Source: Octopus vulgaris (lineage: Eukaryota). Taken from it: a stretch of 64,000 nucleotides of DNA. The stretch is from positions 4,154,001 through 4,218,000 of the forward strand of contig OX597818.1 in NCBI GenBank assembly GCA_951406725.2, written 5' to 3'. Made by a program: the position numbers and the translations under genes. The stretch's first letter is position 1, and the number at the start of each line of letters is the position of its first letter. The notes beneath the pieces were generated by a model that saw nothing but the letters and a program-made list of their open reading frames with translations, had not been told where the DNA came from and did not search any database. Shown one piece after another: positions 10,369 to 23,773 of this stretch.

Positions 10369-12966
10369 CCTTGATGAGATCTCCAGTAGTTGATTTCAGA
10401 GGGGCTGACTTGGTTGCGGATGGACCGAGGGCCTTCTTCAGACCGGCATACATCCCACGGGTGTCGCCACTGTCAGCAGCTGACTGGATACTCTGACAGA
10501 TTTCCTGCCAATACCTACTTGCACAGCGTCTGGCAGTCAGTTGGGTTTTATTTCTTGCCATTCTGATTTCTTCGAGTGACTTTGTAGAAGAATCACTCTT
10601 GTATTGCATCAGAGCTGCACGCTTTGCTTCGATAACTGGTTCCAGCTCTGAGAGCCCAGCACTGAACCAATCTGGGTTTTGCCTTTCTCTCATGCCGAAA
10701 GTATCTATTGATGTGGTATACAAAGCTTCCCTGATATAATTCCACCTAGCAGAGGAGGTTGGGCAGCTACTGAGGGCAACCTTGATAGAAGCAGCAAAAC
10801 ATTTTCGCAGTGTAGGATCTGAGGTTTTGGCAGTGTTAATGCGTGGTCGGCCCATTTTCTTGGAGTGATGGACTTTTTTAGGCAGAATCCTCACCCTACT
10901 TCTAATTAGTGAGTGATCTGTGTCACAATCCACGCTGTGGTAACTACGGGTCAGTTGAACGGAATTCAGAAAGGATCTTCGTGTAATGATGAGATCCAGA
11001 TGATGCCAGTAGTGAGATCTTGGATGTCTCCAAGATGCCTTGTGGGGTGGCTTGTTGGCAAAGAATGTGTTGGTGATGCACAGGTTATGGTATGTGCAAA
11101 ATTCAAGTTGTCTCTGACCATTGTCATTCATGTTGCCAATACCAAAGTGTCCAACACAAATGGGCCATAGATCATGGTCAGATCCCACGTGAGCGTTAAA
11201 ATTTTCTAGAAGGTAGATGTTTTCATTGGTTGGTATATTTTTAATGACAAAGTTGAGATCTTTGTAGAACTGGTCCTTGGTCTCCTCTGAGCTGTAGTGA
11301 GTGGGAGCATAGATGCTCAGTAGATGTACTGAACCAGAAGAAGTCGAGAGGCGCAGTGAGTGGATACGCTCAGTGCCTCCTGATGGTGGTTCTATTGAGG
11401 AATGTAATGAGTTTCTCACTAGACCTTCGTTCGCGTTATCCTGTCCAGGCTACAACTGCTTGCTTCTCAAATTTATCCGGAATCGCAGTGTGGCTTTAGA
11501 AGAAGCAGATCAACTATTGACATGATATTCTCCATATGCCAACTTCAGGAGAAGTCCAGAGAGCAGAAATTACCATTATATATGGCCTTCATTGATCTGA
11601 CAAAGGCCTTTGACTTGGTAAGTAGAAAAGGCCTCTTCATCCTGCTCCAAAAAATCGGATGATCACCAAAGCTGCTGAGGATCATCAAATCTTTCCATGA
11701 GGATATGCAAGGCACCATACAGCACAATGGTTCAACATCAGCCGCCTTCCAAATAAAAAACGGGATAAAGCAAGGTTGTGTCCTTACTCCTACATTATTT
11801 GGCATCTTCTTCTCGCTGCTGCTCTCACATGCCTTTGAGACATCAGATGATGGAGTGTTTCTGCACAGTAGATGTGACGGGAAACTGTTCAATCTCTCGC
11901 GCCTGCGTGCCAAGACCAAAATCAGAAGCGTCCTGATCAAGGAGATGCTATTTGCTGATGATGGCCGCTCTGGTATCATACACAAAAGAAGCCCTCCAAA
12001 GGCTCATCAACTGTTTTGAGCAAGCATGTAACGACTTTGGCTTAGTTATCAGCCTCAAGAAGACCAACATCATGGGTCAGGCAACATCGGACATCCCAAA
12101 CATACATATTGGAAACCACAGATTACAGGAGGTGGAGAAGTTTACCTACCGTCACCTACAACCTATCCCTTGATGCTGAGCTCAATATACGCATTGGCAA
12201 GGCAGCTGCTGTGATGGCCCAACTCTCCAAATCGGCATGGGACAACAATAACCAAGATCACCAAGATCTAACCAAGATCACAAAAATGAAGATCTACCAG
12301 GCATGTGTACTTAGCACTCTACTGTATGGAAGTGAGACTTGAACGCCATACACGCGTCAAGAGCGTCGCCTCAACATCTTTCACCTGCGCTGCCTCCGGA
12401 AAATCCTTCGCATCAAATGGCAGAATCATGTTCCCACCAAAGATGTCCTCAAGCAAGCAGAAATCCCAAGCATGTTTGCACTCCTCACACAAAGACGTAT
12501 GAGATTGCTTGGACATGTTAGCCGTATGGAAGATGGCAGAATCCCCAAGGACATACTCTACAGAGAGCTTGCTCGGGGCACTAGGTCTGTGGGAAGACCG
12601 TTCTTACGATACAAGGATGTTTGCAAAAGGGACATGAAGGCCTGCAACATCAATATTAGCAACTAGGAAGCAGTTGCCAGCAACTGTGGAGATTGGCGAC
12701 GTACCGTAAAAGAGGGAACACAAAGGAGTGACAGAGAGAGAGAGAGGAGAAATGGAAAGACAAGAAAAGATGTCAACAAGAAACTATGACATTACAACCA
12801 GCCAGGAAAAGTCTTCGCTACATTTGCGGCACCTACCAGAGGGAGTGTTTGTTCAGGATAGGACTACACAGCCACAGCAGGAAATGTATTAGGACATGAA
12901 ATGTAAAAGCCGGACTAGATTATTTTATGCGCAACTCCATTGTCTCCCGAGACAAAAAGGATGCCA
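10369..12966. mobile_element. RTE-clade LINE, 5'-truncated with a 5' inversion
   Basis: APE domain on the minus strand (10369-11419: SIYAPT, HLDLI, TDH) and RT on the plus strand (11421-12780: QCGFR, AFIDLTKAFD, KQGC, LFADD). RTE-type 3' end GTCTCCCGAGAC..GGATGCC. 12-bp TSD ACACATACATGT (10357-10368 and 12967-12978). Confidence 0.92.
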
Positions 12967-14095
12967 ACACATACATGTACTATACCTTCGTCTTGTTGGG
13001 GTGGACCTGACGCACAGTTACTCCTCGTCGAAACCGACCTTTCCGGTTTTTTTTTCTTTCACCAGATTCCTATTATTTCGATGACAGAGATTCCAAATAT
13101 GCAAAAACCAATTTTTAATTCCCCTTTCCCCACTCTCACCCCGCCCAATTTTTAATTTTTAACTTTTTTCGAAATTCGTCTTTTCAATCTATATGGGAAA
13201 ATACGGAGATTAAAGATATGGGGGGTGGGGAACAAATTTTAATTTCAAATTTTTTATGAAAAACTCCAAAATTGATCAACACCCCCTCGCCACCCCATCT
13301 CACTGTCTAACAGTGAAAATGAACGGCTGTTTTGTCCGTTTCCGCATGCGTAGATTTATAATGAAACAGCAAAATGAACACGGCATGTGAAGCCCTCACC
13401 ACGAAACTCGATACGCTAAAAATAACAGCTAAATGTCTGGAGAATTTTTGTGTTTAAATGAACAGAGAAAGAGGTACTCTTTGGAGATTCCCGTTCAAAC
13501 TCGAATTGGGTTTAATCTTTGTGTGTAAGTGGGGGGGGGGAGAGAATAAAAGTTTTCTCTCTACAAAGAAACGATTTAAAATAAATATAGACTACGACTT
13601 CAGAAAAAGTATTTTTAGCATAAACTACATACACTATAAATGTTAACATATTAATTCACATTGTATCAACTAGTAAATATATATTTAATAATGAACCATG
13701 TAATCCACACTTTCGAAAACGTATTTCTGTAAAATGTTAGTGGGGTGGAATTTCCGAGGGTTCCACCCTACCCCACCCCCGTTTTCCAGACCCCAAAAAG
13801 GGTTTTGTGCCATATTAAGAGGTCACCGTAATTCATTCAGCGAAAAAAAAATTCCAATGATTCAGGGATGGGAGGTGATCCAGTTTCCCACACATACCCC
13901 TTTTTCCAAACAAAAATAGGGGGGGGGGGTTGCGGCACATTAGAAGGTCAGGATATTTGATTCCACTCAAAATATCCGAGTTTTTTTTTTGTTTTTTTTT
14001 TGTTTTTTTTAGTAAAACTCGTGCGTGTGCATTTCCCAAAATTTACCAAAAATTTTTATTTAATTTCTTTTCACACCACCCGTTTTTGGCGTGAT

Positions 14096-14190
14096 CCTAA
14101 CCCTAACGCTAAACGTAACCTTAACCTTAACCCTAGACCTAACTCTAACCCTAAACCTAACCCTAACCCTAATCCCAGCCCTAACCCTAA
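14096..14190 (+). repeat. Degenerate interstitial telomeric repeat (CCCTAA)n
   Basis: About 15 imperfect CCCTAA units. Confidence 0.85.
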
Positions 14191-14475
14191 ACGCCGAAAA
14201 CAGGTAGCGGAGGCGTATTCTTTACCTTCCATTCCAATTTCCTGAAATTCTCAAATTTTGAAGGGAAATTTTGGACAAACTAAATAATGGAGTGATTTGG
14301 GACAAACTATAAAAGTGATCATAAATAGGATATTATTTGGATAAACTTTAAAAAAGGAGTGGCGTGTAATTAATTAGAAACAAATAAAATTAGGGTATTC
14401 ATCGGATAAATAAAATGGAGTAATTTGGGACAAACTAAAAAAGAAGATAATAAGGTGGTGAGACGAAGAATAAAA

Positions 14476-14897
14476 GGATCTTTTCGGTTTGAACGGCAGT
14501 TTTTTAAAATAATTTCCACGTAACTAAACACTTTTAAACTTCGTACACTGGTAGAATGTGTTTATAAAGCATCTTTTTCTCTTGGCTTTATTGAGAAAAT
14601 TGTATGGTTTGTAAGATATTTGTTGTTTTTTCTTCAATTTCTGCAATTTCAACCAATCAATGACGTCTATTGGGGTGAAAAACATTCTGTGCCGTATGAA
14701 TATGTCCCTCGTTTAAGAAACAGATTGGGTTTATTTATATTTCTGAAGAAAAAAATATACCCTTCCCCCCACCCTTAACCCTAACCCTAACCCTAAAACA
14801 GACTGAAATGCAATAGATCGATACTAGGGTCATAATTATGGGTGACAATTTCATATGACACCGCTAGAAAAAACTGCCGTTCAAACCGAAAAGATCA
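14476..14897. mobile_element. MITE with ~28-bp TIRs and internal CCCTAA repeats (probably Merlin-derived)
   Basis: TIR GATCTTTTCGGTTTGAACGGCAGTTTTT with an exact inverse at 14869-14896. 8-9-bp TSD (A)GAATAAAA. CCCTAA run at about 14772-14796. Confidence 0.88.
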
Positions 14898-15230
14898 GAA
14901 TAAAATGTTTACAATGTTAGAAGTGTTGGCTCGAATTTGTGTTCTACAAAATCGCTGTTTTAGTTTATCCCAAATTACCCCCTTGAAATTTGAAAATTTC
15001 AGTAGTGGGTGGATAAAAAATTTAAAATCAAGAATTTTTTTTTTTTTTTTGCTTTATCATGCGAGATATCGTGTAGAACACAAATTGGCTATCTTTCGTT
15101 TTGACTCGAATTTTGTCAACAAATTACTCAGTAATTTCCGTGAGCACGTGTTGTCTTGTCAACTGTCAGTTGACGTATCAAAGTGGAAAGAGAAAGCTAA
15201 TGGGTTATATGTGCATGCGTGCTTGTTCCT

Positions 15231-15256
15231 CTGTGTATGTGTGTGTGTGCTTGTTC

Positions 15257-15325
<69 letters not shown>
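15231..15325. repeat. (GT)n microsatellite
   Basis: Long GT dinucleotide tract. Confidence 0.95.
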
Positions 15326-15327
<2 letters not shown>

Positions 15328-15746
15328 TGTTCTGTTTTTATGTATTTATGTGTTGTGGAATGTAGATATAACAGAATTACGCCAACAATGTCGCATTTTA
15401 AACTTGAAGACAAAAAGCCTTGCATATTTGTTCTTACCTGTTTTGTGTGTATATGTAAAATTTGTAAATTTCGAAGCAGAAAACGAGAATGCCGAAAACG
15501 ACGTATCAGTTATAGTAGTCCATGTGGGGTTTTTTTTAACCACTAAAAAGCCGAAATATTGCAACATGCATGGAGAAAAGGAAGAAATATAAATTAACAC
15601 TTACTATTGATGAAAGGAAATGCGGAGGAAAGAACTATAATGACATTGAATTTTTATTAATTTTAAAACTAAATTAAAGAAGATCTGCGGGACTATACAA
15701 CACATTTTATGAAATTCATAAAAAAAAACATTTTTGAAGTTGTTAA

Positions 15747-16634
15747 TTAAACAGTATAATACAGTCTAATGCATTTTATGAAATTCATAAAATCGTTATT
15801 TTTGTTGTATCGTCGCCAACTGAACTCCAAGAGATACGTAGAAAATAGTGCATCTGATGTGCCATGCGTGTTGCGATATTTCTTCTTTACGTGGCTCCTC
15901 AACCCCTACACCATGTTCGTGTAGATCGTAGGGTCATTGGGGTCGACAAAATGGGCACTGTGGTTCACTGTGGAATGATTCAGCAAAGCATTATATACCT
16001 GCCAGCAATCAGTCACAATTTTAGTTCCTGGTAGCTCATGTTCATTGGTTATTGGCAGCAATGTAGCAGCACTTCTATCCAAGACAGGAACTAACGCACA
16101 TCTTAAAGTACCACACTCTACCATTCCAAGTACCCACTATGGTAATTACGGTGCATGAACTTTGACTCGTCTATCTCTACGATGACATCCTGTCCCCTAG
16201 GTTGGACAGGATTGTCTATGCACCACATGGCACAAATGTCCTGGAAGTAATTATACCAGTTGACAATCGCTTCCGATGTGACCCCAACTTCTTTCATTAC
16301 CATAGACTGCTTAGAATCCATTTCGGTTCAACTATATATTAAAGTAAGAAGTCATGTCATCGATAGACGGGCACCCGAAAATAAAAATAGAATTTTCTCT
16401 TAAACTCTGATGTCACCCACAAGTCGGTCATCTCCACATCTTTCCTTCAAACACTCTTTTCTTCAGTGTCAGGAACATCCAGTCATTGCAGCACTCAGAA
16501 GAATTTTTTATTAGCCCTACAGACGCAAGGAATTCGATAGTCAATGTCATGCTATTTGCTATGCCTTGACTCTCACTAAGAATATAGTTTCTTTGTGTCA
16601 AGATATGAATAAAAATGACTGAATTAACTGACAT
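15747..16634 (-). pseudogene. Merlin (IS1595-family DDE) transposase pseudogene
   Basis: VEIDESKF..R.Y..G, VPVLDRSAATLLPI, PGTKIVTDCW..Y, TVNHS.HFVDP, TN.(V)EG and YL.EF.WRR motifs across frameshifts and stops. TIR-like GGAGTAATTTGGG motif at about 16924-16948. Confidence 0.88.
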
Positions 16635-18512
16635 CGACCTTCCATTCTGAAATCTAATGCAGGCGTGTAGGGGCTGTTCCTAGAATTTAAAAAGAAAGAA
16701 AGGCTGGAAACTGCTGTTTATATAAGCAGAGGGTGGCTCAGCATATACTTTTTTCCTTGTGTTGGGAAGTTGAAACTAACCAATAACTCGAACTAATTTG
16801 GCAAACTACTAAGTCATGTGACTTGATGCTAAAGAAAAGAACTTGGTCGGTTCTGGTGACCCAAAATTTTCTGAAAATGACAAAAACTAAAAAAAATACT
16901 CGATTTGTCTTCCAAATGATCGCTTTTTTAGTTTTCCCAAATTACTCCATTATCCTCATTTTAAATTTGTCCTAATTTATACCATTTTGTTTAATGTGCT
17001 GGTATAGCTTAGTTAAGCTATACATAAAAATAATCTGGAACAAAAGTGTGTCAGTATATTGCTTATTTTGTTTCATTCAGTTACATTTTGTGAGGGCGGG
17101 AATTGTCAGACATCTAAATCTCCAACCAGTTCTCCTGGCTAACCGGAAGTCCCTTCTCTGTGACCAGCTCACTAGCTAGCCTGCAGTGAAGTTCATATCT
17201 ACAGTTCGTCTGTTATCAGCCCATTGGCAGTGCCCTACCTATAACCCCCCCCCCCCACGAACTGGCATTTGAACGGGGAATGTCTTTTAACCACTCTGCC
17301 CGTGTATGGTTACTCTGCACTTTAGTGACTGTTTGTTGTCAGGGGTTGATGTGATTTGCAGAGGACGGCCTTTCTTTGGTGGTTGAGCTACTTGAATGGG
17401 GAAGTCAGTATCAAGATAGGCCGGTTTCAATTGGTGTCTTGTCCACCAATCAGGAGTTGAAATGATTTGTCTCCTGGATGTAATACTTCATATGGGCCGT
17501 CATAGGGTGACTGAGGGGTTTTTTGTCATGCATTGCGACGAACAAACACAAACTTAGCCTTGTGGAAGTCATTTGGTACGAATGACTTAGGTGTCCTATG
17601 TGTTGACAAGGGAACAGGTTGTTAACTGGCCCACACTGTCTCTCGATTGCATAGGATATCTTTTGACATCTGAGTCTGACTTTGTACACCATTCCCATGG
17701 AAGAAATGTTGAGATTTCCTTTGGGACGGTGTGGATTCCCAACATCACCCATGGAAGTTGGTCAATCCAGTTAGGCCCATTAAGTTTGGTTGCAAATGAA
17801 TTCCTTCAAGCAGCAGTGAAATCTCTCCACTAATCCATTAGCCTGGGAATGGTAGGCTGTTGTGCATTTCATTGTGTTGCCAAAAGGCACATACATGTCA
17901 TTCCATAGCTTCGAGATGAATTGAGGTCTACGATCGGATGAGATGCTGTCTGGGACACCAAAACAGGCGACCCAGTTTGTGATGAAGACGTGACTGATTT
18001 CTGCTGTTTCCGTGCTGCAGAGAGAGATAGCCTCAGGTCAATAAGTGAAGCAGTCCACCAAGGTTAGTAAGTATGAGCAACCTTGCAAAGGTGATAGGGA
18101 ACCAATGAGGTCAGTGTTGACATGGCTGAAACAAGCTTGTGGGGGTTCATAGCTGCCAAGAGGTGCTTTGGTGTACCGATGGATTTTGGATTGTTGACAG
18201 GGGATACAGGTTTTGGGCCATTCCCCAATTTGCTTGGCCATACTGTACCAGATGAATTAACGTGATATCAGGTACTGTGCGTTTCTGATGCCCAGGTGGG
18301 AGAGCCCATGGATGACATCAAAAGCTTTATAGCACCAGGCTAATTGGACAATTGATCATCACAAAGTAGGATTGTTCCATTGGAACCGAAGTGCACATCC
18401 TGTAAGGAAAGGGAGGTGATGGCAGTGTAGTAGGCCCTGATCTTATCATCTGTCTGTCGAGCTGCAGCCATAGCCTCATAATTAACACCTTCTGTTATTG
18501 TAGCTATCTAGG

Positions 18513-18902
18513 TGTCAGAGAATTAGCGAGAGATTTCACCGCTCCTTGAAGGAATCCCTAACAACCAAACTTAATGGACCTAACTGGATTGATCAACTTC
18601 CATGCTGATGCTGGGAATCCATACTGTCCCTGTGGTGTCGGTGGAGAGGACAACAGATAAAGGAGGGTGGAAGTAGGGCTTGCAGGGGCCCGGTGGAAGA
18701 CTGGAGGGCGCATGTGCGTGGGGAAGCGGAAGCGGTCAAGCGGGACGCACGTGTGGCAATCGAGGAAGCGGGCAGTTCGAGCATAGACGAGGAAGCGACA
18801 GGACGTGTCAACTTTGTAAGAGACCTGATCTTCGCCGAGGTAAGACCTGTTTGTATTTCTTCTCCTTCTCCTTCTGTTGTCCTCTTCATCCATCACACTA
18901 CA
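18513..18902 (+). mobile_element. Solo-LTR-like insertion (~390 bp)
   Basis: Starts TGTCAG and ends CACTACA. GC/CpG-richer than its flanks and interrupts pol of the host Gypsy. No clear TSD. Confidence 0.5.
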
Positions 18903-19899
18903 GTCCCAAAGGAAACCTCAACACTTCTTCCGTGAGAATGGTGTACGGTATCGGGAGAGTTTCTTCCACACACAAAGTCAGACTCAGATTTCAAAAGATT
19001 GAGAGAGTGTGTAAGCAACGGGTTGCTCTTTCCAGTTATGTGTTGAATATCTGTAGTGTGTTCAGAAATGGCTGATAACTGTCACTGCTGACATGCAGAC
19101 CATGGCTCTGACAGCTTGCTCATAGTGAAAGAGTGGTTTGTGGTCTGTGAACACTGAAAATGCAACCTTCAAAAAAAAAAGCAGACACTTAGATGGATGG
19201 CTAGTACCTTCTTGTCAAAAGCGCGGTATTTCTGCTCAAGTGTTGACTGAAGAAGGTGAGAAATTGCCAATAACCGTTGATGTATTGTTCCAAAATGCCT
19301 CCAGTGACTGTGTCAGAGGCATCAACTACGAGTGCAGTCCATGCTGACATATGAAAATGGGACAGCTTTTGTGGATTTGAAGGCTGAGTTCGTTGCACTA
19401 TCCCACTCCACCTGTCTTTTTGAACTCCCTTTTGACAGTGCCTTGCTCTTGCTGCAAAGGGGATGAAATGATGATAAAAGTTTACCATACCCACAAATTG
19501 GTGCAGAGCCTTGTTTAAGATGAAGCATAGAAAGGATAGGATAACTTTCGTTTTTTTCTGGCAGGAGTGTAGCACCAGCACCTGTGATTCGATGTCCCAG
19601 GAAGTTGATTTTCTTAACACCAAAGACACAATTGGTGGGGTTGATTACCAAACCATATTGTTCGAGTCTATCAAAAAGAGTCACTAGGTGATTCTTGTGG
19701 AGCTCAGGATTGCAATAAGGATGTCATCTAGGTATGCAAGGACAAAATCGAGATCCAGGCACACACTGTCCATCAAGGACTGTGCAGCATTTTTTAGGCC
19801 AAAGGGTGTACATAGAATTTTGTACAGGAGTGATCACAGCAGTTTTAGGTACATCATTGCCTCATGCCAGTATTTGGTGGTAACCTTAGATGAGTGTTA

Positions 19900-20103
19900 T
19901 GAGGGAATTGGATCAAGAGTCCAATCATGTTGTGTGTAATATATTTCAGACGACTAATCTTGTATGTGCCTTGGGGCCTCCTTTTTTCCATAAATTGATG
20001 CAACAAATAATTTACGAGTCAGACAGGTGAGAACTTTCGTGGAGACGAGTTTGCAGATCCTGCTGCTTTCAGAGGAGAATTGATTTATAACAGCCCATGC
20101 AAC
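19900..20103 (+). repeat. ~200-bp dispersed repeat similar to the 3' end of the CRE-like LINE (29190-29400)
   Basis: Shares the blocks aatcatgttgtgtgtaatatatttca, gagtcagacaggtgag and ttcagaggaga...cccatgca. Confidence 0.75.
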
Positions 20104-20781
20104 CTTCAAGAAAACTGAGCACCCACTAGCTGGCCTGAGAAGTCCTGTTTGTGCAGAATGGGTTAGGATGTCTAGCACCTTTGTTGCTGTGTCTCATCCA
20201 GTGCCACTGTTACATAAGAATACTTTGTTTGGTCTGAGGTGATCTTCCGTATATTGAATTGTGCTTCAACCTGTACGAAACATACCTCAGCCCACTTCGG
20301 TCAGAATTGTGGGAGCTTCAGTGCGGTGGTATGTTTGCTTGCCATGTTTGCGTTTTCTACTTCGGGGTCACCAGTTATAGCTTAGTTAAACTATACATAA
20401 AAATAATCCAGAAGAAGAGTGTGGGATCTTTTCACTTTCATCAGCAGATCGAGAAATTAATTTTTTGTAACTAAACACTTTCAAACTTCGGACACTGGTT
20501 GAATGTGTCATATAAAACATCTTTTACTCATAGCGTTTACTCTCTTTTTTCTCTTTTTTATTCTCTTTTACATATTTCAGTCATTTGACTGTGGCCATGC
20601 TGAAGCAACGCCTTTAGTCAAGCAAATCGATCTCAGGACTTATTCTTTGTAAGCTTAGTACTTATTCTATCGGTCTCTTTTGCCAAACCACTAAATTACA
20701 GGGACGTAAACACACCAGCATCGATTGTCAAGCGATGTTGCGGGGACAAACACAGACACACAAACATATACACACACACAC

Positions 20782-20883
<102 letters not shown>

Positions 20884-21218
20884 AGATAGGGGTTGTAAAT
20901 TCAACCCTCCATGGGATAACATATATCCAATATACTGCTAGAGAGGTACCCAACAAGACTAATACATAAATGTTAAAAATTGCGGTGCAATTAATTCATT
21001 TACTGTATTATGTGGGCATGGGTAAAATTATTACCGTAAATTAATAATACAAAATGAGAAAATGGAGAAACATACTTAAATCAATCAATCATCAACCATC
21101 AGATAATACCCAATCAATACTTTATTACACCATTACATAACAGCAATAACATTATACATAATATATTGCAAATATAACTAGACATGGAAATAGAAATATA
21201 AAATACAATTACATCATA

Positions 21219-21329
21219 TCTGACAGCTGTTTCGGCCGTGAAGACAAGTATGTCTCATTTAACCCATTAGCCATATAAAGCAGGTATAAATGAGACATTA
21301 ACAAGGATGTCACACGGCCTCTTCAGAGA
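21219..21329 (-). ncRNA. Type I hammerhead ribozyme (sense to the Penelope ORF)
   Basis: Reverse complement of 25182-25292. Confidence 0.8.
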
Positions 21330-21643
21330 ATTTAATATAAGTGTGAAAAAAATTTACATATAAATATAAAAATATAAAATATAAAAATGTGTGCATAGAC
21401 ACTCATAATTCTACACATATATATATACACATTAATACAATAATACAATATAAACAAAATATATCAGTATACATTAACAAACACAGTTATTTTCCATATT
21501 GGACTCCTAGTTCCATAACTAACATCAAGGAAATACATGTACACTCACATTTAAATTTAAAGCAGACATATATATATAAAACAATCCAGTTCATTAAAAT
21601 GTATAAATATACAAAAAGTCAATAATAAAAATTAATAATTAAT

Positions 21644-21683
<40 letters not shown>

Positions 21684-23773
21684 TTAATAACCATGATTGT
21701 ACCATGTAAAGCAAGCGGACATCTACATATCAATAAGTCTAATTCATCTGTCCGCTTGATATTGATTTTCCTAGATAGATTCGATTGGTTTATAGTTTTA
21801 AATTTGAATCACAATGGAAATTTTACGGTTAGTTAGTCAAGAAACGCACATACGCACACGCACATCCACAGATCCAACGCACATACATACATAATTATAT
21901 GTATACACACACACATACACCCATACACATACACACATACATAGCCACATACACAGCCAAATCATAAATAAATAAATAAATAATATAAGAGGTATAATCG
22001 TAACTATACACATGGAAAAACAGAGAAACCCAACCGATTGCACATACATGCATGCAGACATCAAGCCCCCCAAAACGACAACAAGGCCGTGGTATTAACT
22101 AAGTAGATCCACTCACATATTTCCATAAAACATTAATTGCAAAGATACATACAATTATATCAAGACATAGAATGTAATTTTTCATAAGGTACATAATTCA
22201 TATGACACCGTATTTTTCGTAGCCATAGTATTTTATAACTAAAAGTCTGCTAACCTAACCGATATATGCTATATTCAAACATACGCTAAATTATAAAGTA
22301 TAGATTAAACATTTCCGTTTGACTATCAAAAGACATAGAATTATACATATACTAAGTTAACATCGGTTTATAATAATTAAATTATAAGAGATTAATGGTA
22401 AGAAGTCAAAATACGCTAATATTCTTGGATATATAAACAAAATAACTCCTTATAGCATAAATAGATATCATCTCTACGTAATAAATCCAATGTTATTATA
22501 ATACTAATATATATCTATCAAAACCCTTACCAACGAACTAATAGAATTACACTCACATCTACATGCCCATATGTATACTCATGTGTAACAACAGACATAC
22601 ACATACACACCATATATTTTCACATGTGATGTGCGTGTAAACATTCATAGTACTTATATATAAATATACTTTTAAGCATCAGTGGACACATAAATACAAA
22701 TGTAATAATTAACCGGATTTGGCATTAAATAATATCAGTGGAGGACTTACCAATAAAATAGTATATAAGTAAATAACAAAAATTAAATTAATTATAAGTT
22801 AATAATTGTAATTACTTAATATTAAAATGTAATAAAATAAAATAAGATGAAATAATTAAAATTAAAATGAGAATATAAGTACAAGCTAGTATACATGTAT
22901 CTATATTTTATTATAATAAATAATGGATATGTATGTATATATCTACATATAAATAAATAAATGAATAAATAAATAGATAAATACCATAGAAAACAAATTA
23001 AGATAAATACAAAGGTACACCTAATATATAGTAATGCTAATATGTATATATCCACATATGCATAAAAGAATATATAGATAAATAAATAACATAAAATAAA
23101 ATGAAGATATATATTGAAAAAAGTACATATATAAACTTAGTATACAGGCTACTATTATGTAAACATTTACCTATAGATAATGAATAAATAAATAAATAAA
23201 TAGATAAATAACTTAATGTACAAATCAAGATGAGTACAAATATAGACTAAATATATAAGACTGCTAATATGTATAAAGCCAAATGCAAGTAAATGAATAG
23301 GTTTATTAATAAATAGCATAAATACAAATTGAGATGAGTACAAAGATACACTAAATATACAATATAAATACCTGCCAAATAAATACCTGCAAAAACCCAT
23401 ATACTCATCCAAAACAAACAAAATCCAATATTGACTCTCATTTATTACATATTAGTATTACAGTATCTAAAACCAGGTATCTAACTATGATACTCATACA
23501 CACTCTGCAATTTTGGAAAACTCCAAGAATATCATATTACTGTGTATATACCAAAATGTATAAATTCTTTCTTGCCGCAGTGTATTTCCCTTATAAACCA
23601 GGACAAAAAACCAAAAACAAAAAACAATTAATACAGGACATATATATTTATATACATGTGTAGCTACAAAATTATATAAAATTATAAATTTATAAGTTGC
23701 ATGTTTTAAAATTGTAGAAGACTACTAGTATAATTAGATACAGAGGAGAGTTAAAATATTACTAGTAGAAAAG

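Larger units (their letters stand above)
17004..20423 (-). mobile_element. Degraded Gypsy LTR element (3' LTR ~17004-17241, PPT 17245-17256, IN/RH/RT relics, tRNA-Trp PBS, truncated 5' LTR)
   Basis: C..CQ.SKIHR, LLTLVD, TDHKPL, LVVDASD and YLDDILIA relics. TGGTGACCCCG on the minus strand at about 20363-20373. LTR end repeated at 17004-17050 and 20376-20423. Confidence 0.85.

Noticed and set aside
10050-13155. ~80-codon ORF appearing after in-silico removal of the SINE and RTE
   Set aside because: It has no recognisable motif and runs through low-complexity T and C tracts, so it is likely chance.
14096-14190. True telomere or chromosome fusion site
   Set aside because: The TTAGGG/CCCTAA tracts in the window are short and degenerate, and most lie inside TIR elements.
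14842-15600. Long ORFs with CVCVCV/HTHT runs
   Set aside because: They are produced by the (GT)n microsatellite and MITE sequence.
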